64,000 nt of DNA from an uncultured bacterium. GTDB taxonomy: Bacteria; Desulfobacterota_D; UBA1144; Nemesobacterales; UBA2774. The DNA lies in the NCBI GenBank assembly GCA_963825135.1, contig CAWGRW010000009.1:1481410-1545409 (forward strand). Direction: 5' to 3'. This document shows positions 1 to 9,031 of this stretch, one piece after another. The notes beneath the pieces were generated by a model that saw nothing but the letters and a program-made list of their open reading frames with translations, was not told where the DNA came from and ran no database searches. Every line of letters starts with the position of its first letter. Positions within the stretch are counted from its first letter, which is position 1. Position numbers and translations under genes: made by a program.

Positions 1-2
1 TC

Positions 3-467
3 ATGGGCATCGATAACGAAATCAGCATGGCGTTCGCGAAAGCCCAGATGGCCGCCGGCAACGACCTCCCACTTTCCGGCACCGCGTTCATAAGCGTGAA
101 GGACGACGATAAACCCAGGCTCTCCGAGTTCACTGGGGACCTCGCGGGGCTCGGTTTTAGCATTATGGCGACGAAGGGCACCGCGGCTTATCTCGAAAGT
201 ATCGGCATACATTGTTCTGTCGTGAAGAAGGTAAAGGAGGGGCGTCCGCACGTAGTCGATCACATAAAAAACGGGGGGGTTCAGCTCGTCGTAAATACTA
301 CGTTCGGGGAAAAAGAGGTGGAGCAGTCATACTCGATAAGAAGGGCTGCTCTCGTTCACAGGGTGCCGTATTTTACCACGATTTCCGGCGCCAAGGCCGC
401 CGTGGGAGCGATCGGGGCGCTGATTAAGAGGGGGCTCGACGTAAAGGCTATTCAGGACTATTATTAA
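3..467 (+). CDS. carB: Carbamoyl-phosphate synthase large subunit, C-terminal MGS-like domain. 5'-truncated by the window edge.
   Basis: Translation (…GIHCSVVKKVKEGRPHVVDHIKNGGVQLVVNTT…IRRAALVHRVPYFTTISGA…) matches the CarB C-terminal allosteric (MGS-like) domain. The ORF runs off the 5' window edge and is followed by greA, as in many genomes. Confidence 0.8.
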   Translation: MGIDNEISMAFAKAQMAAGNDLPLSGTAFISVKDDDKPRLSEFTGDLAGLGFSIMATKGTAAYLESIGIHCSVVKKVKEGRPHVVDHIKNGGVQLVVNTTFGEKEVEQSYSIRRAALVHRVPYFTTISGAKAAVGAIGALIKRGLDVKAIQDYY

Positions 468-570
468 GTGTTGTATAATACATACCATGTTCCGCTTTTC
501 TAAAATTGATTTAATCCGCTTAATACGGTTTCCGTTTCCGCTCTCTTAGCAGCTCCAGGAGGATTTTAAT

Positions 571-1047
571 ATGACAGTAGAAAGAGTGCCGATGACCCCC
601 AATGGATATAAAAAGATGCAGGAGGAGCTCCGCAGGCTGAAGACCGTGGAAAGACAGGCGGTGATAAAGCTTATCGAGTTCGCGAGGTCTCTTGGGGACC
701 TTTCGGAGAATGCCGAGTATGAAACGGCGAAGCAAAGACAATCCTTCGTGGAAGGGAGAATTCAGGAGCTCGAGAGCAGGATCAGCAGGGCGGAGGTTAT
801 CGACCCCGCTGAGTTAAGGGATAAAGACAGGGTAACGTTCGGGGTCAGGGTCAGGCTTGAGAACGTCGATACGGGGGAAACTGTCAGCTATCAGCTCGTC
901 GGACCCGATGAATCCGACCCTGAAGGCGGTCTCATCTCGATTTCCTCGCCCATCGGGAAGGCGCTAATAGGAAAGCGGGTTGATGACGAGGTTCAGGTTC
1001 AAGCGCCGGGCGGCGTAAGGGAGTTCGTCGTTCTTGAGATCACCTGA
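571..1047 (+). CDS. greA: Transcription elongation factor GreA
   Basis: 158 aa; N-terminal coiled coil with acidic tip (…SENAEYETAKQRQ…) and C-terminal FKBP-like domain (…ISISSPIGKALIGKRVDDEV…). RBS GGAGG lies 7-8 nt upstream of the ATG. Confidence 0.9.
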   Translation: MTVERVPMTPNGYKKMQEELRRLKTVERQAVIKLIEFARSLGDLSENAEYETAKQRQSFVEGRIQELESRISRAEVIDPAELRDKDRVTFGVRVRLENVDTGETVSYQLVGPDESDPEGGLISISSPIGKALIGKRVDDEVQVQAPGGVREFVVLEIT

Positions 1048-1063
1048 CCGTCGGTAAACGACA

Positions 1064-2143
1064 TCATTCGACGTCTATGGAGGACGCGACTTTTCCCGTT
1101 TCAGGATTGTAAATATATTCCCCGCCCAGAGGGTGGGCCGGGAAATCCGTTGTTGTCTGCAGTTCTATGAATTTTCTGAGCTCGTCCATATTCTTCGGAT
1201 AATCACCGTATAGCTTATTATATCTGGCCGACTTTGCATTCAGAAAATTTATATCCTCATCGATCTTCCGCTTGGATAATTCCGAGCTTTTGATCGCCCC
1301 GATCTTGGGCGCCAGAATGAATTTGCCTCCCATCGGGGCCTCCGGAATCCCGTTTTTCAACACGCCGGCCCTGACCATGTCTTCGAGCCCGGAGGGGGGC
1401 TTTCCATAGGTTTTGACGTACTCGCGGAGGGACTCGGTCAGTTTGTCTTCGAGGGACATGGTATCTATCTCCTCTATATTTCTCAGAGCGAAGTTCCTTC
1501 TCCCTTCGCTCGGGCTCGTTTCGTAGATTATTTCCCAGATTTTCCTCGAAAGCTCCCTGTTCCCGCCCTTCGCATGGGCCGACGCGGCCATGCCCTTCAT
1601 CGAGGCTGCCCTCAATGGGGAAATGCCCGGCTTCTCGGACGCTTCCTTGAACAGCTCTGCCGACTTTTCGTAGTCCTTCGGGTAGAAATAGTATATAAAG
1701 GCTTCCTCCAGGGGCAGGTTGTAGTTCCCGGGGTTGTTCTTCCTCCCTTTGTCGAGGAGCTCTATCCCTTTCTTCGTCTCGCCGAGCCCGAAAGGCGGAG
1801 GTTCGGCCAGGAAAGTGCCTCCGTACCTGTATGCGTTTATGAACTTCGGGTCGAGATCCGTGATGATATCGAAGTAGTGATAAAGCAGGTCGGAGTTCAG
1901 GTCAGCGGGTTTCTCTCCGCCGAAGTACTGGAGCGCCCGTATCCAGTAAATGTCGGCCAAAATCTCATAATATCCCAGGGACAGCTTTTTCAGGGACGAC
2001 GAAGATATGTAGAGGCTCCCTTCGACAGACCGGAACTTGCCCCTTATTTCGTCTATCCTTATCTGAAACGGAATCGATACCGCTACCAGCACGGCCAGAA
2101 TGACGAGGGCGACAACAGGCTTTCTGGATGATATGACGGACAT
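1064..2143 (-). CDS. Hypothetical membrane-anchored protein with an N-terminal TM helix and TPR-like repeats. Last gene of the ABC-2 transporter operon.
   Basis: 359 aa, N-terminal hydrophobic helix (PVVALVILAVLVAVSIPF). A 4-nt gap to the upstream ABC-2 permease gene suggests co-transcription. I recognised no family. Confidence 0.45.
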   Translation of the reverse strand: MSVISSRKPVVALVILAVLVAVSIPFQIRIDEIRGKFRSVEGSLYISSSSLKKLSLGYYEILADIYWIRALQYFGGEKPADLNSDLLYHYFDIITDLDPKFINAYRYGGTFLAEPPPFGLGETKKGIELLDKGRKNNPGNYNLPLEEAFIYYFYPKDYEKSAELFKEASEKPGISPLRAASMKGMAASAHAKGGNRELSRKIWEIIYETSPSEGRRNFALRNIEEIDTMSLEDKLTESLREYVKTYGKPPSGLEDMVRAGVLKNGIPEAPMGGKFILAPKIGAIKSSELSKRKIDEDINFLNAKSARYNKLYGDYPKNMDELRKFIELQTTTDFPAHPLGGEYIYNPETGKVASSIDVE

Positions 2144-2146
2144 ATA

Positions 2147-2950
2147 TTATTTGAACTCTTTCCTCTCGAAGATGATGATTGCGAGTATCAGAAGGGCGAG
2201 CGTATATAGGACCGCATAGACCGTGGTGTATAAGACCAGGTCGGGGTTAACGATGCCGCCGTAAACGGCTTCGCTCCTCACGTCGAATTTCTCCAGATTG
2301 GGAATTATTCTGTACACCGCTTCTGAAAATATTGCGGTTACCGGGCTCTTGACTTCCTCGGCGAACAGTCTGATATCGCTCGAGAAGCGGCCTATCGCGA
2401 TGGCGAAAAAGGTGAAAAGGGCGCTCATAACCGGGGTCGTGAAGCTCGAGAAGACGAGCGCTATGCCGATTACGACGAGGAATTCGAGGTATTCGAAATA
2501 TATCGCGTTAAAGAACTCCGCGTAGTAATGCCCCCCGTAATAAAAGTTTATCAGCCCCTCGTACCTGATTTCTATGAACAGCACCAGCAGGAATAGAATA
2601 AGCGCCATTCCGAGCGTGATTACGAATAGAGTAAGCCCAAGGCCCAGATACTTCCCGAATATGAATTCGTATCTCTTTATAGGCTTCGAGAAGATGTTGT
2701 AGACAGTCTTTCTCTCCACCTCTTTATATACGAGTCCGATACCCAGAAATACGGAGATAAGGATTCCGATTATGGATATCGCGGTGAGTCCCAGGTCCTT
2801 GACTATCTTGTTGTGCTGTTCCGCCGATATGCTGGCGAAGACGAGCGAGCTCATGATCATTATTATTGCGAATAAGATAAGGCTGTAGAGGACCCTGTCC
2901 CTGATTGCCTCAATGAACGTATTGTGCGCGACGCTCAGTATTCTTCTCAT
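2147..2950 (-). CDS. ABC-2 family transporter permease
   Basis: 267 aa, about 6 predicted TM helices. It lies immediately downstream of the ABC ATPase gene. Typical ABC-2 (NatB/YadH-like) topology. Confidence 0.65.
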   Translation of the reverse strand: MRRILSVAHNTFIEAIRDRVLYSLILFAIIMIMSSLVFASISAEQHNKIVKDLGLTAISIIGILISVFLGIGLVYKEVERKTVYNIFSKPIKRYEFIFGKYLGLGLTLFVITLGMALILFLLVLFIEIRYEGLINFYYGGHYYAEFFNAIYFEYLEFLVVIGIALVFSSFTTPVMSALFTFFAIAIGRFSSDIRLFAEEVKSPVTAIFSEAVYRIIPNLEKFDVRSEAVYGGIVNPDLVLYTTVYAVLYTLALLILAIIIFERKEFK

Positions 2951-2983
2951 CTTGTCCTGTATGCCTGACGGGGGTCGAAGTCT

Positions 2984-3928
2984 TTACTGTTCCTTTTGTG
3001 AATTCTCTTTGCGGGCTTCCTCCACAAAGAGTCCTTCGAGGGACTTCCTCAGCGGATGAATGGAGACAATCTCCGCCGAAGTGCGTGTAACGGCGTCGAG
3101 GACCCTCCGTTTAATGTCTTCGTCGAACTTGAGCACTATGTACCCTGCCCTGCTGTCCATCTCTACCCTCAGGTCTTTTACGCACTGCCTTATCTCATCT
3201 CCCGGCCCTTCCAGGTGCATTTCATAGTCGGTGTGAATCTCTTTGAGAAGATCCCCGATCTTGCCTGTTTTTATTACGGCGCCTCCCATTATTATCCCTA
3301 CCCTATCGCAGAGTGCTTCGACGTCCGAAAGCATGTGGGAGCTAAGGAGTATAGTCTTTCCGCTCCGTTTTTCTTCCAGTATCAGGTCTTTTATCTCTCT
3401 CCTGCCTATGGGGTCGAGTCCGCTCATGGGCTCGTCGAGAATGATGAATTCCGGGTCGTTTATGAGGGCCTGTGCGATGCCGATCCTCTGCATCATGCCC
3501 TTTGAGTATTTCCTCATCTGCACCTTTTTTGCGTGCTCCATCCTTACTTTCAGCAGCAGCTCGTCTACCTTTTCGCGGAGGTGTTTCCGTTTCAGGCCGT
3601 GAAGCTCGCCCATGTAAAAGAGCAGCTCCTCGCCCGTGAGGTAGTCGTAGAAGTAAGGGTTTTCCGGAAGGTAGCCGATCCTGCTCTTGACCTCGGAGCT
3701 CGAATGCTCTTTGCCCATGAGCTCTATCTTCCCTTCGGTCGGAGTGACGAACCCCAGGATTGATTTGAACGTCGTGGTCTTTCCGGCGCCGTTAGGCCCG
3801 ACGAAACCGAACACCTCTCCTTTATGAACGTCGAAGGATACGTCTTTCAGGACGCGTGTCTTCTTCCCCGAAAACCCGGTTTTATAGTCCTTGACCAGGT
3901 TCGTGATTTTGAGAATTGTTTCTGGCAT
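2984..3928 (-). CDS. ABC transporter ATP-binding protein (ABC-2 / NatA-like)
   Basis: Walker A GPNGAGKTT, ABC signature YSKGMMQRIGIAQAL, Walker B IILDEP, H-loop SSHML. Confidence 0.9.
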   Translation of the reverse strand: MPETILKITNLVKDYKTGFSGKKTRVLKDVSFDVHKGEVFGFVGPNGAGKTTTFKSILGFVTPTEGKIELMGKEHSSSEVKSRIGYLPENPYFYDYLTGEELLFYMGELHGLKRKHLREKVDELLLKVRMEHAKKVQMRKYSKGMMQRIGIAQALINDPEFIILDEPMSGLDPIGRREIKDLILEEKRSGKTILLSSHMLSDVEALCDRVGIIMGGAVIKTGKIGDLLKEIHTDYEMHLEGPGDEIRQCVKDLRVEMDSRAGYIVLKFDEDIKRRVLDAVTRTSAEIVSIHPLRKSLEGLFVEEARKENSQKEQ

Positions 3929-4014
3929 GTTCGGATATCTAAATATATGTTAATGAATGCCGGGAGGCAATACGGCGATACATCGAAAGGAGCGTTCGGG
4001 CGTATTAATCAATC

Positions 4015-4614
4015 TTATCCGTCACAGGCGGGGTCACCGCTTCCGGATTCGAACGTGCCGTTTGCTCCCGAGGCCTGCGTTGTCACTGTACACTTGATGA
4101 CCTTGTCGGTGAATGCGGAGAAATCTTTCCTGCCGTTAACCCTCGCACTTGTCATAGAAGCCTCCCATCCGAAGTCTCCTTTGAGGGACTGAGCATCGGT
4201 GCCGGCGTCGTCGCTCCATGACAGACAGTATCCTGCTTTGGGATCGTTACAATCGGCGGAGCTCGAGGGGGTGCCGTCGTTAGTAACCGCGTCTTCGAAT
4301 GTAGAATCTAATAGTGCGTCTGCGGGATCGCTTGTTCCGCCCGGGTCTCTGAGTGTTCCCGCGGTGCCGAGAGATCCTATGAGGTTTGTAAAGTTCCTGT
4401 CACCGTTATCGTCCAGGTCCTGTTCGAAATACTCATATTCGGAGTCTTTTAGTGTCTGCAGGGCCTTCCGCGCGTTAGCTTCATTTGAAGAGATACGGGC
4501 TTTTAACAGGTTAGGTATAGCGATTGCGAGCAGGATACCGATGATAGCCGCCACTACGAGAAGCTCGATGAGGGTAAAGCCGTTTTCAATATTTCTATTT
4601 CTCTTCCTGATCAT
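4015..4614 (-). CDS. pilA: Type IVa pilin (PilA-like), paralog 1
   Basis: Class III signal peptide / prepilin motif KRNRNIENG|FTLIELLVVAAIIGILLAIAIPNL (Gly-1, Phe+1, Glu+5). About 170-aa variable C-terminal domain ending in Cys-containing …ACDG, like Myxococcus-type PilA. Confidence 0.85.
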   Translation of the reverse strand: MIRKRNRNIENGFTLIELLVVAAIIGILLAIAIPNLLKARISSNEANARKALQTLKDSEYEYFEQDLDDNGDRNFTNLIGSLGTAGTLRDPGGTSDPADALLDSTFEDAVTNDGTPSSSADCNDPKAGYCLSWSDDAGTDAQSLKGDFGWEASMTSARVNGRKDFSAFTDKVIKCTVTTQASGANGTFESGSGDPACDG

Positions 4615-4640
4615 ATTATCGCCCTTTATAGGTAATTATT

Positions 4641-4656
4641 AGCAATATACATACCA
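4641..4656 (-). promoter_or_regulatory. Putative sigma-54 (-24/-12) promoter for pilin paralog 1
   Basis: Minus-strand sequence TGGTAT-gtata-TTGCT (GG-N10-GC core) about 27 nt upstream of the start codon. Weaker match than the paralog-2 promoter. Confidence 0.3.
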
Positions 4657-4980
4657 CAACCGGCGCTAATATATCTGGTTTACATGCTTTCGTAACAGGC
4701 CCTCATTGTTATATAAATGGATACTCGAAATCGTATCGAGGGTAAGAATATTCATATGATACATTTCTTCAGAAAACGACTTGACAATATTTGTCATAGT
4801 GATGCGATTTCTGTTATCCGGGTGGGTCGAAGAAGAAATTGAAAGATAACATTCTTCCGAAAAACACAGCGGTGAGCTATTGTCAAGTTGTCAATTTTAT
4901 CATGAATACCAAGGGAATAATGGATCAATCGAATAGAACTATGGTCGTCGATTGGAGTAACGGTATACTGTTTCGGGAAT

Positions 4981-5022
4981 AAAAAAACGGCGGGTTTATT
5001 ATAAACCCGCCGTTTTGAGTTT
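4981..5022. terminator. Bidirectional rho-independent terminator between the two pilin genes
   Basis: A7-CGGCGGG-tttattataaa-CCCGCCG-TTTTGAGTTTTT. GC stem flanked by an A-run and a T-run, immediately 3' of pilin paralog 2 (minus strand). Confidence 0.6.
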
Positions 5023-5050
5023 TTCTTTCTGTTGATTATCTATCAGAGTG

Positions 5051-5656
5051 TTAATCGCAGCCGGGTGCAGTACGATGGGCCTCGAATGTCCCGACAGCTC
5101 CGGTAGCTTGTGTACTTAATGTGCATCTTATAACGCCGTCTCCGTATACGGAGAAGTCCCTTCTGCCGGTCTTGTTAAAGCTCGACATACTGTTCTGCCA
5201 GCCGAAGTCGTCAAAACCGCCTGAAGCATTTGCGGTGAATGCCGCGCCGGTCGAATCATTAAAATCACTTTGTATGCAATAACCCGCCTTCGGGTCAGCA
5301 CAGAGTGCGCCTCCTGTACTTAATGCGCCCTCGAAGCTGTCGTCAACAAGAGCGTCCTCTTCTACACTTGTACCCCCGGGATCACGCAAAGACTGAGCAG
5401 TTCCTAGTGCACCAATTTGATCGGTAAAATCTCTTCCACCCTGATCGTCCAGGTCCTGCTCGAAATACTCGCCTTCGGCATCCCTGAGCGTCTGCATGGA
5501 CTTTCTGGCGCTGGCTTCGTTCGCCGACATTCTCGCCTTTATAAGGTTGGGTATCGCGATCGCGAGCAGTATGCCGATGATTGCCGCTACCACTAGAAGT
5601 TCGATAAGCGTGAAACCCTTCTCTCCCTTTTTAACTCTGTTTAACTTGCTTAACAT
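5051..5656 (-). CDS. pilA: Type IVa pilin (PilA-like), paralog 2
   Basis: KGEKG|FTLIELLVVAAIIGILLAIAIPNL prepilin motif. The 25 aa after the cleavage site are identical to paralog 1; the C-terminal domain is divergent and ends …PGCD. RBS GGAGG 8 nt upstream. Confidence 0.85.
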   Translation of the reverse strand: MLSKLNRVKKGEKGFTLIELLVVAAIIGILLAIAIPNLIKARMSANEASARKSMQTLRDAEGEYFEQDLDDQGGRDFTDQIGALGTAQSLRDPGGTSVEEDALVDDSFEGALSTGGALCADPKAGYCIQSDFNDSTGAAFTANASGGFDDFGWQNSMSSFNKTGRRDFSVYGDGVIRCTLSTQATGAVGTFEAHRTAPGCD

Positions 5657-5698
5657 ATCAATAACCTCCGTTTCGGAAATAGTCTTGTAAACTAAGGA

Positions 5699-5714
5699 TG
5701 CAAAGGCCGTGCCA
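5699..5714 (-). promoter_or_regulatory. Sigma-54 promoter (consensus-quality -24/-12) for pilin paralog 2
   Basis: Minus-strand sequence TGGCAC-GGCCT-TTGCA matches the sigma-54 consensus TGGCAC-N5-TTGCW. It sits about 43 nt upstream of the ATG, with the GGAGG RBS in between. Confidence 0.55.
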
Positions 5715-5988
5715 CGTGCCGTTATTACGGCGTATTACACACATAAACCGCTGAAATACAATCGGAATTAGCTTTTATCACGAATATGCCGGATGGCATC
5801 CGGAACCATGGTCGCACTCACAAATTTTATTAATTGTGACATTTTTGCGTCCTTGACGTGACAATGTGACAAAATTTGTCAGGATGTCTGTTTTGGATAC
5901 TATCGGCATGGATATGATTGGGGAATGTTTATCAATCTGAGGAAGTATGCTATTTTATACTACCTATTTTAAAGGAGGCGGTTTTATC

Positions 5989-6519
5989 ATGCATAGAGAT
6001 AAGCATTTCGTTTTCCCGTTACTAATTTCGATTGCCTTTTTCGCCCTGATTGTTACCGGATGCACGACTATCAAAACTACTTCCTACTTTGCCCCGACAA
6101 AGACCAAGCTGCGCGACTTTCAGGCCATTCAGTTCGAGACGTTCGAGACTCAGATCGAGGATTTCCCTAAAGATGCTCTCACGAAGATCCCGGATAAAGC
6201 CGCCGCTCTCCTTGAATCCGAGAATAAGTTCAAAGAGGTTAAATACGGCAAGATTGAAAATATCCCCGCCGAGGATACTATAGTGTTGTTAGGCGAGATA
6301 AGCGAGTACAGACCGAGCTCGGATGTCTCGTTCGAAGGCGGCGCGCTTAAATTCGGCGAAGTCTCTATTTCCATCAAGCTCGCTCTGGTCAACAAAGCTA
6401 CGGGAGATGAAATCGCGACCGGAGAAGTGAACGGATTCAGCTCGACTGGATTTATGGCGAAGGACATTTTCCAAAGCCTCGCGGAGGAAATAGTAAAGTA
6501 TATAAACGAAACCTATTGA
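5989..6519 (+). CDS. Hypothetical lipoprotein
   Basis: Signal peptide with lipobox LIVTG|C. Strong RBS AAAGGAGG 10 nt upstream of the ATG at 5989; the track ORF starts earlier at 5947. No family recognised. Confidence 0.5.
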   Translation: MHRDKHFVFPLLISIAFFALIVTGCTTIKTTSYFAPTKTKLRDFQAIQFETFETQIEDFPKDALTKIPDKAAALLESENKFKEVKYGKIENIPAEDTIVLLGEISEYRPSSDVSFEGGALKFGEVSISIKLALVNKATGDEIATGEVNGFSSTGFMAKDIFQSLAEEIVKYINETY

Positions 6520-6561
6520 GCGGTCGGTACGACGCTTTGAAAATTAAATTTGGAGGATGAT

Positions 6562-7575
6562 ATGAGAGAGCTTGTTCTTTGTCTTTTACTTCTGCCTGTG
6601 ACTATGGGCGCATTCCAGTCGGGAGAGCTTGCTGTGTACGCGCAGGGCGCGGGAGGCGCAGCGGATTTATATAAACAGGGGCGGGAGGCGTTTATGAAGT
6701 TCACGCCTGAAGGGTTCGATCAGGCGATTTTACTCTTCAACCAGGCGATCAAGGCGGACCCCAAGTACGCGCAGGCCTACGCCGGTCTCGCAGAGGTTTA
6801 TTCATTCATGGGTTATTACAGGTATCAGGTCAGGGAGGAGTACGAGAAATACTACAACGATTCCTATGCAAACATGGTCAAGGCTCTTCAGTTCGGTCCG
6901 AACCTCGAAGAGACGCAGGTTGCGCTTGCCTACAGCTATATACAGCTGAGCAGGGAAAAAGACGCGAAGATAACCGCGCAGAATATATTGGCCAAAAACC
7001 CGAACAACGCCGAGGCCCTTTACGTTCTATGGTTCGCCAGCGGCGAGAACCCGGACTCGCCTGACATAAGAAAGGTAATCGAGCTCAACCCGAAATTCGT
7101 ACCGGCTTACGTGGGTCTGGGGAACTCATTATTCTTCAAGAAGAGAGCCTACGGGCAGGCGACCGAGAACTTCAGGAAAGCCGCAGAATTAGCCCCCTCG
7201 GCCCAGATCCATAATTTATTCGGCACCGCCCTCAGGACGCAGGGTCACTACAATGAGGCGATCGAGCAGTACGAGATGGCTATAAAACAGAATCCGAACT
7301 ATGCGCCCGCTTATATGAATCTCGGCATCACCTACTATTACCTCAACAAGTTCAACCAGGACATCGACAACCAGAAAAAAGCGATATCGCTCAACCCGAA
7401 ATATCCCGATGCGTACTTTTTTATCGCGGAGGGTTATGAAAAGGCAAACAATCCGCAGCAGGCCGTCATCTACTACAAGAAATTCCTCGACGTGTCTCTC
7501 GAGCAGGAAATGTACGCGGGTTACGCGGCACAGGCGAAGCAGAGGCTTTCGGCTCTCGGCGGAGGCGGCAAGTAA
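6562..7575 (+). CDS. Secreted tetratricopeptide-repeat (TPR) protein
   Basis: Signal peptide MRELVLCLLLLPVTMGAF. Multiple TPR-like repeats (…AIKADPKYAQAYAGLAEVY…, …NPNYAPAYMNLGITYYYL…). GGAGG 5 nt upstream of the ATG at 6562. Confidence 0.7.
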   Translation: MRELVLCLLLLPVTMGAFQSGELAVYAQGAGGAADLYKQGREAFMKFTPEGFDQAILLFNQAIKADPKYAQAYAGLAEVYSFMGYYRYQVREEYEKYYNDSYANMVKALQFGPNLEETQVALAYSYIQLSREKDAKITAQNILAKNPNNAEALYVLWFASGENPDSPDIRKVIELNPKFVPAYVGLGNSLFFKKRAYGQATENFRKAAELAPSAQIHNLFGTALRTQGHYNEAIEQYEMAIKQNPNYAPAYMNLGITYYYLNKFNQDIDNQKKAISLNPKYPDAYFFIAEGYEKANNPQQAVIYYKKFLDVSLEQEMYAGYAAQAKQRLSALGGGGK

Positions 7576-7675
7576 GCCGGGTCATCGGGCCGGATCGGAA
7601 TATTACGGACGCTCGTGATATTAAGCCGTTTCCGTTGTGCTGCGCGGCGAGCTCCGGCTAAAATAAAAACAATCG

Positions 7676-8050
7676 GTGTGCGGGTTTCACGAAATGCCCA
7701 AGGAAATTCACGAGCCTGAGTTAATAGCATTGACCTTCGGAATGGAATCGAGCGCGAGTCTGTGGAACGTTATATTCGAAGGGTTCGATCAGGAAGTCGT
7801 GCTGGTCTCGAAATTCTCCGGAAGCGACGACCGTGTCGTGAACACCCTCTATGAATTCGGCGATATAATCGGAAGGAACTACAAGGATTGCAAAGTGAGG
7901 GCGACTCGTACGGGGATTGAGATAAAAAAGCCGCTGCCGGGATATGACGTTTCTCTCGTTAACGATTGGACCGGGCTCATGGAGAACATACGGGAGGAAA
8001 TGACCAAATTCATACCGGACGGCATGTTAAGACCCGGCGCAATTAAATAA
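7676..8050 (+). CDS. Hypothetical protein (about 124 aa); start uncertain
   Basis: ORF with coding-like composition, convergent with birA. No recognisable motif. Confidence 0.3.
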   Translation: MCGFHEMPKEIHEPELIALTFGMESSASLWNVIFEGFDQEVVLVSKFSGSDDRVVNTLYEFGDIIGRNYKDCKVRATRTGIEIKKPLPGYDVSLVNDWTGLMENIREEMTKFIPDGMLRPGAIK

Positions 8051-8843
8051 TCGAAACGTCTCCGGTCGTTATTTTGATTACGTTTTCGTCGTCTTGTTTG
8101 AGCAGCAGGTGTCCCTCCCCGTCTATCCCAGTTGCGATACCCTCTATCGTATCCCCGCCTTCCGTGCTGACCCTGACCCGTTTATTGTATCCGCCCCACC
8201 TCTCGGTCCACTCCTTGATTATGGAAGACTTCCCCCGCCTGTTGAACGTTTGATACCACGATTCGAGCTCGACTAACAGGTCTCCGGTAAATTTGGCCCG
8301 GTCGACGTCCTCGCCCAGGCTCTCTTTGAGAGACGTCGCAAATTTCGCCGTCTCTCCCATCTCCTGTTTAATTTGCCCCCTGGTCATGTTTATATTCACC
8401 CCGATCCCGACTACGATGTAATCGACCCTTTCTCCCTTTGGCTCCATCTCGGTCAGCACGCCCGCCGCCTTCTTCCCGTCTATCTGTACATCGTTGGGCC
8501 ATTTGATGACCGTGTTTCTGATACCCGTCTTTTTAATGGTCTCCGCGAGCGCTATGGAAGCGAGGAATGTGAAAATCGGCGATTCCCAGGCCGGGATGGC
8601 GGGCCGGAACAGGACTGATATATAGAGGTTCATGCCGGGCGGGGAGATCCACTTCCGTCCGAGCCTTCCCTTTCCGCCCGTCTGCTTGTCCGCGATGACG
8701 GCCGTCCCCTCGGACGCGCCGTTCTCGGCAAGCCTGCTCAGCACGGTATTTGTGGATACGGTCTCGTCGAAGTAGTGTATGACTTTCCCTATCGTCTCGG
8801 TTTTGAGGAGGCCGTTTAATTTGCGTATCATCGGCGAGGTCAT
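8043..8843 (-). CDS. birA: Biotin--[acetyl-CoA-carboxylase] ligase (group I BirA, no N-terminal HTH)
   Basis: GGKGRLGRKWISPPGMNLYISVLF matches the BirA biotin-binding motif (GRGRxGRxWxSP). 266 aa with a C-terminal SH3-like domain. Confidence 0.85.
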   Translation of the reverse strand: MTSPMIRKLNGLLKTETIGKVIHYFDETVSTNTVLSRLAENGASEGTAVIADKQTGGKGRLGRKWISPPGMNLYISVLFRPAIPAWESPIFTFLASIALAETIKKTGIRNTVIKWPNDVQIDGKKAAGVLTEMEPKGERVDYIVVGIGVNINMTRGQIKQEMGETAKFATSLKESLGEDVDRAKFTGDLLVELESWYQTFNRRGKSSIIKEWTERWGGYNKRVRVSTEGGDTIEGIATGIDGEGHLLLKQDDENVIKITTGDVSII

Positions 8844-9031
8844 GCCTGGTTGTCCTCCATATCCTGCCCGGAACCTATTCTAACCGTTTTATCGCCTTTG
8901 TAGAATCCTCCTAGGCAAGGTCGTGCTGACCGGATTCCGGCGGCCACGGCGCTGAATGGTGGAAAATCATCGGATTACGCTTATAATATTTATATCTTAC
9001 GATCGTCGGGGTTATTACGATTACGAATATA

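Noticed and set aside
212-427. 71-aa ORF in an alternative frame inside the carB fragment
   Set aside because: Arg/Gly-rich alternative-frame artefact. The carB frame has a clear domain match.
4781-4796. TTGACA hexamer as a sigma-70 -35 box for the pilin gene
   Set aside because: The gene is on the minus strand, where the sequence reads TTGTCA/TGACAA with no appropriately spaced -10 box. It is better explained as part of an inverted-repeat regulator site upstream of a sigma-54 promoter.
4500-5620. Identical 25-aa pilin N-termini as a sign of a recent duplication or collapsed-repeat assembly error
   Set aside because: The corresponding nucleotide stretches differ at many synonymous positions, and the C-terminal domains are highly divergent. 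These are old paralogs with a conserved helix under selection.
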